Source: Azolla caroliniana (Eukaryota; Plantae; Polypodiophyta). Taken from it: DNA of 35,356 bases. The position numbers were made by a program, and so were the translations under genes. The notes under the pieces were generated by a model. That model was not told the DNA's origin, ran no database searches, and saw nothing but the letters and a program-made list of their open reading frames with translations. Each line of letters starts with the position of its first letter. The stretch's first letter is position 1. This document shows, in pieces, positions 1 to 8,918 of this stretch. The stretch lies in assembly GCA_043228905.1 (NCBI GenBank), contig JBHGNT010000316.1, forward strand, positions 1-35,356. The letters run 5' to 3'.

Positions 1-307
1 AAAAGAAAACATCAAAGCAGGACACCCATACCGCACACGCCACGGCAACGGCTAAGGCTAAGGTCAACTTGTACACGCGGCGAATGTGAACTTGCTTCCA
101 CACTTGCCCGATAGGACACTCCTAGTGTGGTAGTCCGGTTAGCTTTCCTTGTCGTCGTCGTTACCAACCCCTCGTCCGTCCGAACGAGCGAGTACGGACA
201 CCGGTCTATCTACGTTCATCGATGTAGCACACTCGGGAGCCACCACTCGTCCCGCAGTAGCCTCCGCGTGCTTAGTGTCTCGGCACTAGCGCGTTCTAGT
301 TTAATGT

Positions 308-315
308 GCACGTGC
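308..315 (+). promoter_or_regulatory. G-box (GCACGTGC), about -360 from ATG; present in every unit
   Basis: Palindromic CACGTG core at 309-314. bZIP/bHLH site typical of seed storage protein promoters; function inferred. Confidence 0.55.
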
Positions 316-470
316 CCGCACACCCCTACGCGCACGCGCGAGTGCGCACATTTACCTATGTATGTATAAATGTTATGTTGCTCGACAAGCTCTCGCGCGA
401 GGAGGAGGAGTACCCGCTACAGGTTGCGCCCAGATTGTCTGGTGACAATACGACACCTAGGACTAGCCTA

Positions 471-537
471 GACGTGTGGGAGGGTGGACTAGTTGGTATG
501 GGTCTTGGGCAAGAGTTGTACGCAGGACACACACGTT
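471..537 (+). promoter_or_regulatory. Two ACGT-core ABRE-like elements (GACGTGT 471-477; ACACGTT 531-537); present in every unit
   Basis: ACGT cores about -198 and -138 from ATG, just upstream of the RY elements. Neither is a perfect ACGTG(G/T)C ABRE. Confidence 0.4.
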
Positions 538-559
538 ATGGTAATGGGAGTGGTGAGTG

Positions 560-583
560 ACATGCATGTGCTCTGATTGCATG
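560..583 (+). promoter_or_regulatory. RY/Sph elements: CATGCATG (561-568, within palindrome ACATGCATGT) and a second TGCATG (578-583); present in every unit
   Basis: Exact RY repeat 108 bp upstream of ATG and about 25-30 bp upstream of the TATA box. RY is the known binding site of ABI3/FUS3/LEC2 B3 factors in storage protein promoters. Confidence 0.8.
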
Positions 584-591
584 GCCATGTG

Positions 592-602
592 TATATATTA
601 AA
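592..602 (+). promoter_or_regulatory. TATA box (TATATATTAAA); present in every unit
   Basis: AT-only run 77 bp upstream of ATG in otherwise GC-balanced DNA. No in-frame upstream ATG. Start context GCAATGGC fits the plant consensus. Confidence 0.75.
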
Positions 603-668
603 GGTGGAGGGAGCAATGTCAATACAATCCATTAGGAGACAAGCACCGGGATCATAAGGACAATCGCA

Positions 669-1429
669 ATGGCAAAGCTTACTTCCGTATTCCTCATGGC
701 CGTGATCATGCTCGCCGCGTGTACCGCGGCCAATGCTAGGTCTGTAGGGCGGGACCGTGAAGAGGAGCGACGCGATCGACGTCGTGAGGGAGACATTGAC
801 GAGGAGAGGCGCGATCGACGCCGAGAGGGGGAGTGCGATGACGAGAGGCGCGAGCGACGTCGTGAGGGGTTCCTTGAGGAGGGGCGCCGCTACAGAGACA
901 ACAAGAGAGACTCCGAAGAGGAAAGGGAACGTCGTAGCCGTGGTCGCGATGAGCCACGTGACGAGGAACTGAGGCGAGAGTGCGGTGATTTCATCGACAA
1001 GCAGATCCGAGAGCTACAAGAGCGCTCCGAAAGAGAGGAAGGTGAACAAGGACGTCGCTCCCCATGGATCGAAAACACTCGATACTCAAGACCCTCGGAA
1101 CGGACGCCGAAGATCGATGCGATCGCCTACGTGATGCCTTGTATGCTGACGAGGAGGAACGACGCAATGATGAAGGCCGACGCCATGGCCAACAATCAAG
1201 GGAACACCGTAGCTGGGAGGAAGAGGACGAGGAGCGCGAGAGAGATAGCAGCCGTGAGCGACGAGAGGGTGACGAACGCCGCCACCGCATGTCTCGACGA
1301 CAAGAGGACGAACGTCAACAACGTCGCCAATTCAAGGCCGATGACGAGGAAAGAGCTCTAGGCGTCGCCGCCTCCCGCCTACTCCAACAGTGCGATCTTC
1401 GCCCTCGTGCTTGTATTCGTCGCTTCTAA
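669..1429 (+). pseudogene. 2S albumin-like storage protein gene copy 1, frameshifted (net -25 bp at ~1104, removes the CC motif)
   Basis: Reads ...GAACGG-A-CGCCGAAG... where other copies have GAACGG-TGCTGCAGGAACGTCGAACGAATCCC-CGCCGAAG. The ORF 669..1361 leaves the normal frame after PSER. Confidence 0.85.
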
Positions 1430-1528
1430 ATAGTACATAAACCTTGTTCAAATTATTCTCGTGGTCTCTCTCTAATTTCTCGTAAGTGTTTACGAACAAG
1501 TGCGTCTCCCCAATCGCGCATTACACCC

Positions 1529-1590
1529 ACACGAACGTAAACACGAGCACCAACGTCCCTCCAACACGAACGTAAACACGAGCACCAACG
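1529..1590. repeat. 27-bp perfect direct repeat ACACGAACGTAAACACGAGCACCAACG (1529-1555, 1564-1590) in the 3' flank; present in every unit
   Basis: Two identical copies with a 35-bp period, separated by TCCCTCCA. Confidence 0.95.
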
Positions 1591-2298
1591 CATAGAATTT
1601 GCCTATAGGGACCGCAAACCACCCAAACGGAAAAGAAAACATCAAAGCAGGACACCCATACCGCACACGCCACGGCAACGGCTAAGGCTAAGGTCAACTT
1701 GTACACGCGGCGAATGTGAACTTGCTTCCACACTTGCCCGATAGGACACTCCTAGTGTGGTAGTCCGGTTAGCTTTCCTTGTCGTCGTCGTTACCAACCC
1801 CTCGTCCGTCCGAACGAGCGAGTACGGACACCGGTCTATCTACGTTCATCGATGTAGCACACTCGGGAGCCACCACTCGTCCCGCAGTAGCCTCCGCGTG
1901 CTTAGTGTCTCGGCACTAGCGCGTTCTAGTTTAATGTGCACGTGCCCGCACACCCCTACGCGCACGCGCGAGTGCGCACATTTACCTATGTATGTATAAA
2001 TGTTATGTTGCTCGACAAGCTCTCGCGCGAGGAGGAGGAGTACCCGCTACAGGTTGCGCCCAGATTGTCTGGTGACAATACGACACCTAGGACTAGCCTA
2101 GACGTGTGGGAGGGTGGACTAGTTGGTATGGGTCTTGGGCAAGAGTTGTACGCAGGACACACACGTTATGGTAATGGGAGTGGTGAGTGACATGCATGTG
2201 CTCTGATTGCATGGCCATGTGTATATATTAAAGGTGGAGGGAGCAATGTCAATACAATCCATTAGGAGACAAGCACCGGGATCATAAGGACAATCGCA

Positions 2299-3084
2299 AT
2301 GGCAAAGCTTACTTCCGTATTCCTCATGGCCGTGATCATGCTCGCCGCGTGTACCGCGGCCAATGCTAGGTCTGTAGGGCGGGACCGTGAAGAGGAGCGA
2401 CGCGATCGACGTCGTGAGGGAGACATTGACGAGGAGAGGCGCGATCGACGCCGAGAGGGGGAGTGCGATGACGAGAGGCGCGAGCGACGTCGTGAGGGGT
2501 TCCTTGAGGAGGGGCGCCGCTACAGAGACAACAAGAGAGACTCCGAAGAGGAAAGGGAACGTCGTAGCCGTGGTCGCGATGAGCCACGTGACGAGGAACT
2601 GAGGCGAGAGTGCGGTGATTTCATCGACAAGCAGATCCGAGAGCTACAAGAGCGCTCCGAAAGAGAGGAAGGTGAACAAGGACGTCGCTCCCCATGGATC
2701 GAAAACACTCGATACTCAAGACCCTCGGAACGGTGCTGCAGGAACGTCGAACGAATCCCCGCCGAAGATCGATGCGATCGCCTACGTGATGCCTTGTATG
2801 CTGACGAGGAGGAACGACGCAATGATGAAGGCCGACGCCATGGCCAACAATCAAGGGAACACCGTAGCTGGGAGGAAGAGGACGAGGAGCGCGAGAGAGA
2901 TAGCAGCCGTGAGCGACGAGAGGGTGACGAACGCCGCCACCGCATGTCTCGACGACAAGAGGACGAACGTCAACAACGTCGCCAATTCAAGGCCGATGAC
3001 GAGGAAAGAGCTCTAGGCGTCGCCGCCTCCCGCCTACTCCAACAGTGCGATCTTCGCCCTCGTGCTTGTATTCGTCGCTTCTAA
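2299..3084 (+). CDS. Secreted Arg/Glu-rich 2S albumin-like (prolamin superfamily) storage protein precursor, copy 2, 261 aa consensus
   Basis: Hydrophobic signal peptide ending ANA (aa 1-23). Cys pattern LRREC105GDFI / PSERC146C147RNVERIP / DRC159DRLR / ASRLLQQC250DLRPRAC257 matches the 2S albumin C2, C3C4, C6, C7, C8 contexts. Intronless, with RY/G-box promoter. Confidence 0.88.
   Translation: MAKLTSVFLMAVIMLAACTAANARSVGRDREEERRDRRREGDIDEERRDRRREGECDDERRERRREGFLEEGRRYRDNKRDSEEERERRSRGRDEPRDEELRRECGDFIDKQIRELQERSEREEGEQGRRSPWIENTRYSRPSERCCRNVERIPAEDRCDRLRDALYADEEERRNDEGRRHGQQSREHRSWEEEDEERERDSSRERREGDERRHRMSRRQEDERQQRRQFKADDEERALGVAASRLLQQCDLRPRACIRRF
2383..2499 (+). repeat. Intragenic 39-bp (13-aa) tandem repeat x3: DREEERRDRRREG / DIDEERRDRRREG / ECDDERRERRREG; present in every gene (third unit shortened in copies 17-21)
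   Basis: Units at 2383-2421, 2422-2460 and 2461-2499 align at DNA and protein level, with more degenerate units following. Confidence 0.9.
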
Positions 3085-3953
3085 ATAGTACATAAACCTT
3101 GTTCAAATTATTCTCGTGGTCTCTCTCTAATTTCTCGTAAGTGTTTACGAACAAGTGCGTCTCCCCAATCGCGCATTACACCCACACGAACGTAAACACG
3201 AGCACCAACGTCCCTCCAACACGAACGTAAACACGAGCACCAACGCATAGAATTTGCCTATAGGGACCGCAAACCACCCAAACGGAAAAGAAAACATCAA
3301 AGCAGGACACCCATACCGCACACGCCACGGCAACGGCTAAGGCTAAGGTCAACTTGTACACGCGGCGAATGTGAACTTGCTTCCACACTTGCCCGATAGG
3401 ACACTCCTAGTGTGGTAGTCCGGTTAGCTTTCCTTGTCGTCGTCGTTACCAACCCCTCGTCCGTCCGAACGAGCGAGTACGGACACCGGTCTATCTACGT
3501 TCATCGATGTAGCACACTCGGGAGCCACCACTCGTCCCGCAGTAGCCTCCGCGTGCTTAGTGTCTCGGCACTAGCGCGTTCTAGTTTAATGTGCACGTGC
3601 CCGCACACCCCTACGCGCACGCGCGAGTGCGCACATTTACCTATGTATGTATAAATGTTATGTTGCTCGACAAGCTCTCGCGCGAGGAGGAGGAGTACCC
3701 GCTACAGGTTGCGCCCAGATTGTCTGGTGACAATACGACACCTAGGACTAGCCTAGACGTGTGGGAGGGTGGACTAGTTGGTATGGGTCTTGGGCAAGAG
3801 TTGTACGCAGGACACACACGTTATGGTAATGGGAGTGGTGAGTGACATGCATGTGCTCTGATTGCATGGCCATGTGTATATATTAAAGGTGGAGGGAGCA
3901 ATGTCAATACAATCCATTAGGAGACAAGCACCGGGATCATAAGGACAATCGCA

Positions 3954-4739
3954 ATGGCAAAGCTTACTTCCGTATTCCTCATGGCCGTGATCATGCTCGC
4001 CGCGTGTACCGCGGCCAATGCTAGGTCTGTAGGGCGGGACCGTGAAGAGGAGCGACGCGATCGACGTCGTGAGGGAGACATTGACGAGGAGAGGCGCGAT
4101 CGACGCCGAGAGGGGGAGTGCGATGACGAGAGGCGCGAGCGACGTCGTGAGGGGTTCCTTGAGGAGGGGCGCCGCTACAGAGACAACAAGAGAGACTCCG
4201 AAGAGGAAAGGGAACGTCGTAGCCGTGGTCGCGATGAGCCACGTGACGAGGAACTGAGGCGAGAGTGCGGTGATTTCATCGACAAGCAGATCCGAGAGCT
4301 ACAAGAGCGCTCCGAAAGAGAGGAAGGTGAACAAGGACGTCGCTCCCCATGGATCGAAAACACTCGATACTCAAGACCCTCGGAACGGTGCTGCAGGAAC
4401 GTCGAACGAATCCCCGCCGAAGATCGATGCGATCGCCTACGTGATGCCTTGTATGCTGACGAGGAGGAACGACGCAATGATGAAGGCCGACGCCATGGCC
4501 AACAATCAAGGGAACACCGTAGCTGGGAGGAAGAGGACGAGGAGCGCGAGAGAGATAGCAGCCGTGAGCGACGAGAGGGTGACGAACGCCGCCACCGCAT
4601 GTCTCGACGACAAGAGGACGAACGTCAACAACGTCGCCAATTCAAGGCCGATGACGAGGAAAGAGCTCTAGGCGTCGCCGCCTCCCGCCTACTCCAACAG
4701 TGCGATCTTCGCCCTCGTGCTTGTATTCGTCGCTTCTAA
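3954..4739 (+). CDS. 2S albumin-like storage protein precursor, copy 3 (261 aa)
   Basis: Translation identical to copy 2. Confidence 0.88.
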   Translation: MAKLTSVFLMAVIMLAACTAANARSVGRDREEERRDRRREGDIDEERRDRRREGECDDERRERRREGFLEEGRRYRDNKRDSEEERERRSRGRDEPRDEELRRECGDFIDKQIRELQERSEREEGEQGRRSPWIENTRYSRPSERCCRNVERIPAEDRCDRLRDALYADEEERRNDEGRRHGQQSREHRSWEEEDEERERDSSRERREGDERRHRMSRRQEDERQQRRQFKADDEERALGVAASRLLQQCDLRPRACIRRF

Positions 4740-5608
4740 ATAGTACATAAACCTTGTTCAAATTATTCTCGTGGTCTCTCTCTAATTTCTCGTAAGTGTT
4801 TACGAACAAGTGCGTCTCCCCAATCGCGCATTACACCCACACGAACGTAAACACGAGCACCAACGTCCCTCCAACACGAACGTAAACACGAGCACCAACG
4901 CATAGAATTTGCCTATAGGGACCGCAAACCACCCAAACGGAAAAGAAAACATCAAAGCAGGACACCCATACCGCACACGCCACGGCAACGGCTAAGGCTA
5001 AGGTCAACTTGTACACGCGGCGAATGTGAACTTGCTTCCACACTTGCCCGATAGGACACTCCTAGTGTGGTAGTCCGGTTAGCTTTCCTTGTCGTCGTCG
5101 TTACCAACCCCTCGTCCGTCCGAACGAGCGAGTACGGACACCGGTCTATCTACGTTCATCGATGTAGCACACTCGGGAGCCACCACTCGTCCCGCAGTAG
5201 CCTCCGCGTGCTTAGTGTCTCGGCACTAGCGCGTTCTAGTTTAATGTGCACGTGCCCGCACACCCCTACGCGCACGCGCGAGTGCGCACATTTACCTATG
5301 TATGTATAAATGTTATGTTGCTCGACAAGCTCTCGCGCGAGGAGGAGGAGTACCCGCTACAGGTTGCGCCCAGATTGTCTGGTGACAATACGACACCTAG
5401 GACTAGCCTAGACGTGTGGGAGGGTGGACTAGTTGGTATGGGTCTTGGGCAAGAGTTGTACGCAGGACACACACGTTATGGTAATGGGAGTGGTGAGTGA
5501 CATGCATGTGCTCTGATTGCATGGCCATGTGTATATATTAAAGGTGGAGGGAGCAATGTCAATACAATCCATTAGGAGACAAGCACCGGGATCATAAGGA
5601 CAATCGCA

Positions 5609-6394
5609 ATGGCAAAGCTTACTTCCGTATTCCTCATGGCCGTGATCATGCTCGCCGCGTGTACCGCGGCCAATGCTAGGTCTGTAGGGCGGGACCGTGA
5701 AGAGGAGCGACGCGATCGACGTCGTGAGGGAGACATTGACGAGGAGAGGCGCGATCGACGCCGAGAGGGGGAGTGCGATGACGAGAGGCGCGAGCGACGT
5801 CGTGAGGGGTTCCTTGAGGAGGGGCGCCGCTACAGAGACAACAAGAGAGACTCCGAAGAGGAAAGGGAACGTCGTAGCCGTGGTCGCGATGAGCCACGTG
5901 ACGAGGAACTGAGGCGAGAGTGCGGTGATTTCATCGACAAGCAGATCCGAGAGCTACAAGAGCGCTCCGAAAGAGAGGAAGGTGAACAAGGACGTCGCTC
6001 CCCATGGATCGAAAACACTCGATACTCAAGACCCTCGGAACGGTGCTGCAGGAACGTCGAACGAATCCCCGCCGAAGATCGATGCGATCGCCTACGTGAT
6101 GCCTTGTATGCTGACGAGGAGGAACGACGCAATGATGAAGGCCGACGCCATGGCCAACAATCAAGGGAACACCGTAGCTGGGAGGAAGAGGACGAGGAGC
6201 GCGAGAGAGATAGCAGCCGTGAGCGACGAGAGGGTGACGAACGCCGCCACCGCATGTCTCGACGACAAGAGGACGAACGTCAACAACGTCGCCAATTCAA
6301 GGCCGATGACGAGGAAAGAGCTCTAGGCGTCGCCGCCTCCCGCCTACTCCAACAGTGCGATCTTCGCCCTCGTGCTTGTATTCGTCGCTTCTAA
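5609..6394 (+). CDS. 2S albumin-like storage protein precursor, copy 4 (261 aa)
   Basis: Translation identical to copy 2. Confidence 0.88.
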   Translation: MAKLTSVFLMAVIMLAACTAANARSVGRDREEERRDRRREGDIDEERRDRRREGECDDERRERRREGFLEEGRRYRDNKRDSEEERERRSRGRDEPRDEELRRECGDFIDKQIRELQERSEREEGEQGRRSPWIENTRYSRPSERCCRNVERIPAEDRCDRLRDALYADEEERRNDEGRRHGQQSREHRSWEEEDEERERDSSRERREGDERRHRMSRRQEDERQQRRQFKADDEERALGVAASRLLQQCDLRPRACIRRF

Positions 6395-7263
6395 ATAGTA
6401 CATAAACCTTGTTCAAATTATTCTCGTGGTCTCTCTCTAATTTCTCGTAAGTGTTTACGAACAAGTGCGTCTCCCCAATCGCGCATTACACCCACACGAA
6501 CGTAAACACGAGCACCAACGTCCCTCCAACACGAACGTAAACACGAGCACCAACGCATAGAATTTGCCTATAGGGACCGCAAACCACCCAAACGGAAAAA
6601 AAAACATCAAAGCAGGACACCCATACCGCACACGCCACGGCAACGGCTAAGGCTAAGGTCAACTTGTACACGCGGCGAATGTGAACTTGCTTCCACACTT
6701 GCCCGATAGGACACTCCTAGTGTGGTAGTCCGGTTAGCTTTCCTTGTCGTCGTCGTTACCAACCCCTCGTCCGTCCGAACGAGCGAGTACGGACACCGGT
6801 CTATCTACGTTCATCGATGTAGCACACTCGGGAGCCACCACTCGTCCCGCAGTAGCCTCCGCGTGCTTAGTGTCTCGGCACTAGCGCGTTCTAGTTTAAT
6901 GTGCACGTGCCCGCACACCCCTACGCGCACGCGCGAGTGCGCACATTTACCTATGTATGTATAAATGTTATGTTGCTCGACAAGCTCTCGCGCGAGGAGG
7001 AGGAGTACCCGCTACAGGTTGCGCCCAGATTGTCTGGTGACAATACGACACCTAGGACTAGCCTAGACGTGTGGGAGGGTGGACTAGTTGGTATGGGTCT
7101 TGGGCAAGAGTTGTACGCAGGACACACACGTTATGGTAATGGGAGTGGTGAGTGACATGCATGTGCTCTGATTGCATGGCCATGTGTATATATTAAAGGT
7201 GGAGGGAGCAATGTCAATACAATCCATTAGGAGACAAGCACCGGGATCATAAGGACAATCGCA

Positions 7264-8049
7264 ATGGCAAAGCTTACTTCCGTATTCCTCATGGCCGTGA
7301 TCATGCTCGCCGCGTGTACCGCGGCCAATGCTAGGTCTGTAGGGCGGGACCGTGAAGAGGAGCGACGCGATCGACGTCGTGAGGGAGACATTGACGAGGA
7401 GAGGCGCGATCGACGCCGAGAGGGGGAGTGCGATGACGAGAGGCGCGAGCGACGTCGTGAGGGGTTCCTTGAGGAGGGGCGCCGCTACAGAGACAACAAG
7501 AGAGACTCCGAAGAGGAAAGGGAACGTCGTAGCCGTGGTCGCGATGAGCCACGTGACGAGGAACTGAGGCGAGAGTGCGGTGATTTCATCGACAAGCAGA
7601 TCCGAGAGCTACAAGAGCGCTCCGAAAGAGAGGAAGGTGAACAAGGACGTCGCTCCCCATGGATCGAAAACACTCGATACTCAAGACCCTCGGAACGGTG
7701 CTGCAGGAACGTCGAACGAATCCCCGCCGAAGATCGATGCGATCGCCTACGTGATGCCTTGTATGCTGACGAGGAGGAACGACGCAATGATGAAGGCCGA
7801 CGCCATGGCCAACAATCAAGGGAACACCGTAGCTGGGAGGAAGAGGACGAGGAGCGCGAGAGAGATAGCAGCCGTGAGCGACGAGAGGGTGACGAACGCC
7901 GCCACCGCATGTCTCGACGACAAGAGGACGAACGTCAACAACGTCGCCAATTCAAGGCCGATGACGAGGAAAGAGCTCTAGGCGTCGCCGCCTCCCGCCT
8001 ACTCCAACAGTGCGATCTTCGCCCTCGTGCTTGTATTCGTCGCTTCTAA
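7264..8049 (+). CDS. 2S albumin-like storage protein precursor, copy 5 (261 aa)
   Basis: Translation identical to copy 2. Confidence 0.88.
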   Translation: MAKLTSVFLMAVIMLAACTAANARSVGRDREEERRDRRREGDIDEERRDRRREGECDDERRERRREGFLEEGRRYRDNKRDSEEERERRSRGRDEPRDEELRRECGDFIDKQIRELQERSEREEGEQGRRSPWIENTRYSRPSERCCRNVERIPAEDRCDRLRDALYADEEERRNDEGRRHGQQSREHRSWEEEDEERERDSSRERREGDERRHRMSRRQEDERQQRRQFKADDEERALGVAASRLLQQCDLRPRACIRRF

Positions 8050-8918
8050 ATAGTACATAAACCTTGTTCAAATTATTCTCGTGGTCTCTCTCTAATTTCT
8101 CGTAAGTGTTTACGAACAAGTGCGTCTCCCCAATCGCGCATTACACCCACACGAACGTAAACACGAGCACCAACGTCCCTCCAACACGAACGTAAACACG
8201 AGCACCAACGCATAGAATTTGCCTATAGGGACCGCAAACCACCCAAACGGAAAAAAAAACATCAAAGCAGGACACCCATACCGCACACGCCACGGCAACG
8301 GCTAAGGCTAAGGTCAACTTGTACACGCGGCGAATGTGAACTTGCTTCCACACTTGCCCGATAGGACACTCCTAGTGTGGTAGTCCGGTTAGCTTTCCTT
8401 GTCGTCGTCGTTACCAACCCCTCGTCCGTCCGAACGAGCGAGTACGGACACCGGTCTATCTACGTTCATCGATGTAGCACACTCGGGAGCCACCACTCGT
8501 CCCGCAGTAGCCTCCGCGTGCTTAGTGTCTCGGCACTAGCGCGTTCTAGTTTAATGTGCACGTGCCCGCACACCCCTACGCGCACGCGCGAGTGCGCACA
8601 TTTACCTATGTATGTATAAATGTTATGTTGCTCGACAAGCTCTCGCGCGAGGAGGAGGAGTACCCGCTACAGGTTGCGCCCAGATTGTCTGGTGACAATA
8701 CGACACCTAGGACTAGCCTAGACGTGTGGGAGGGTGGACTAGTTGGTATGGGTCTTGGGCAAGAGTTGTACGCAGGACACACACGTTATGGTAATGGGAG
8801 TGGTGAGTGACATGCATGTGCTCTGATTGCATGGCCATGTGTATATATTAAAGGTGGAGGGAGCAATGTCAATACAATCCATTAGGAGACAAGCACCGGG
8901 ATCATAAGGACAATCGCA

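Noticed and set aside
18-530. Short inverted and direct matches in the spacer (ACCCATACC/GGTATGGGT, GCAGGACAC twice, ACACT-CCT-AGTGT) as a MITE or structured RNA
   Set aside because: Matches are 9 bp or shorter and do not form a colinear stem; compatible with chance.
127-560. 80-aa and 84-aa + strand ORFs repeated in each spacer
   Set aside because: They begin at GTG codons, overlap promoter elements and show no recognisable domain. Recurrence only reflects the DNA repeat.
1529-1590. CRISPR-like repeat-spacer
   Set aside because: Only two repeats with an 8-bp invariant spacer, no cas genes, eukaryotic context.
2368-2620. Vicilin N-terminal CxxxC hairpinin repeats, LEA protein or SR-type nuclear protein
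   Set aside because: No paired CxxxC motifs, cupin domain or LEA motifs. The signal peptide and CC-containing skeleton fit the prolamin superfamily better.
2366-3016. Alternative-frame and antisense ORFs (71, 73, 77, 133, 141 aa) overlapping the main gene
   Set aside because: Shadow frames of a low-complexity purine-rich CDS; the Ser/Arg-rich antisense product is the expected complement of GAG/GAC/CGA codons.
3085-3140. Polyadenylation signal
   Set aside because: No canonical AATAAA; CATAAA (3091-3096) and T-rich tracts are plausible plant signals but cannot be pinned down from sequence alone.
3145-3388. 62-aa and 70-aa hydrophobic minus-strand ORFs in the spacer
   Set aside because: The Val/Cys/Phe richness follows from the A/C-rich plus strand; non-ATG starts and no independent support.
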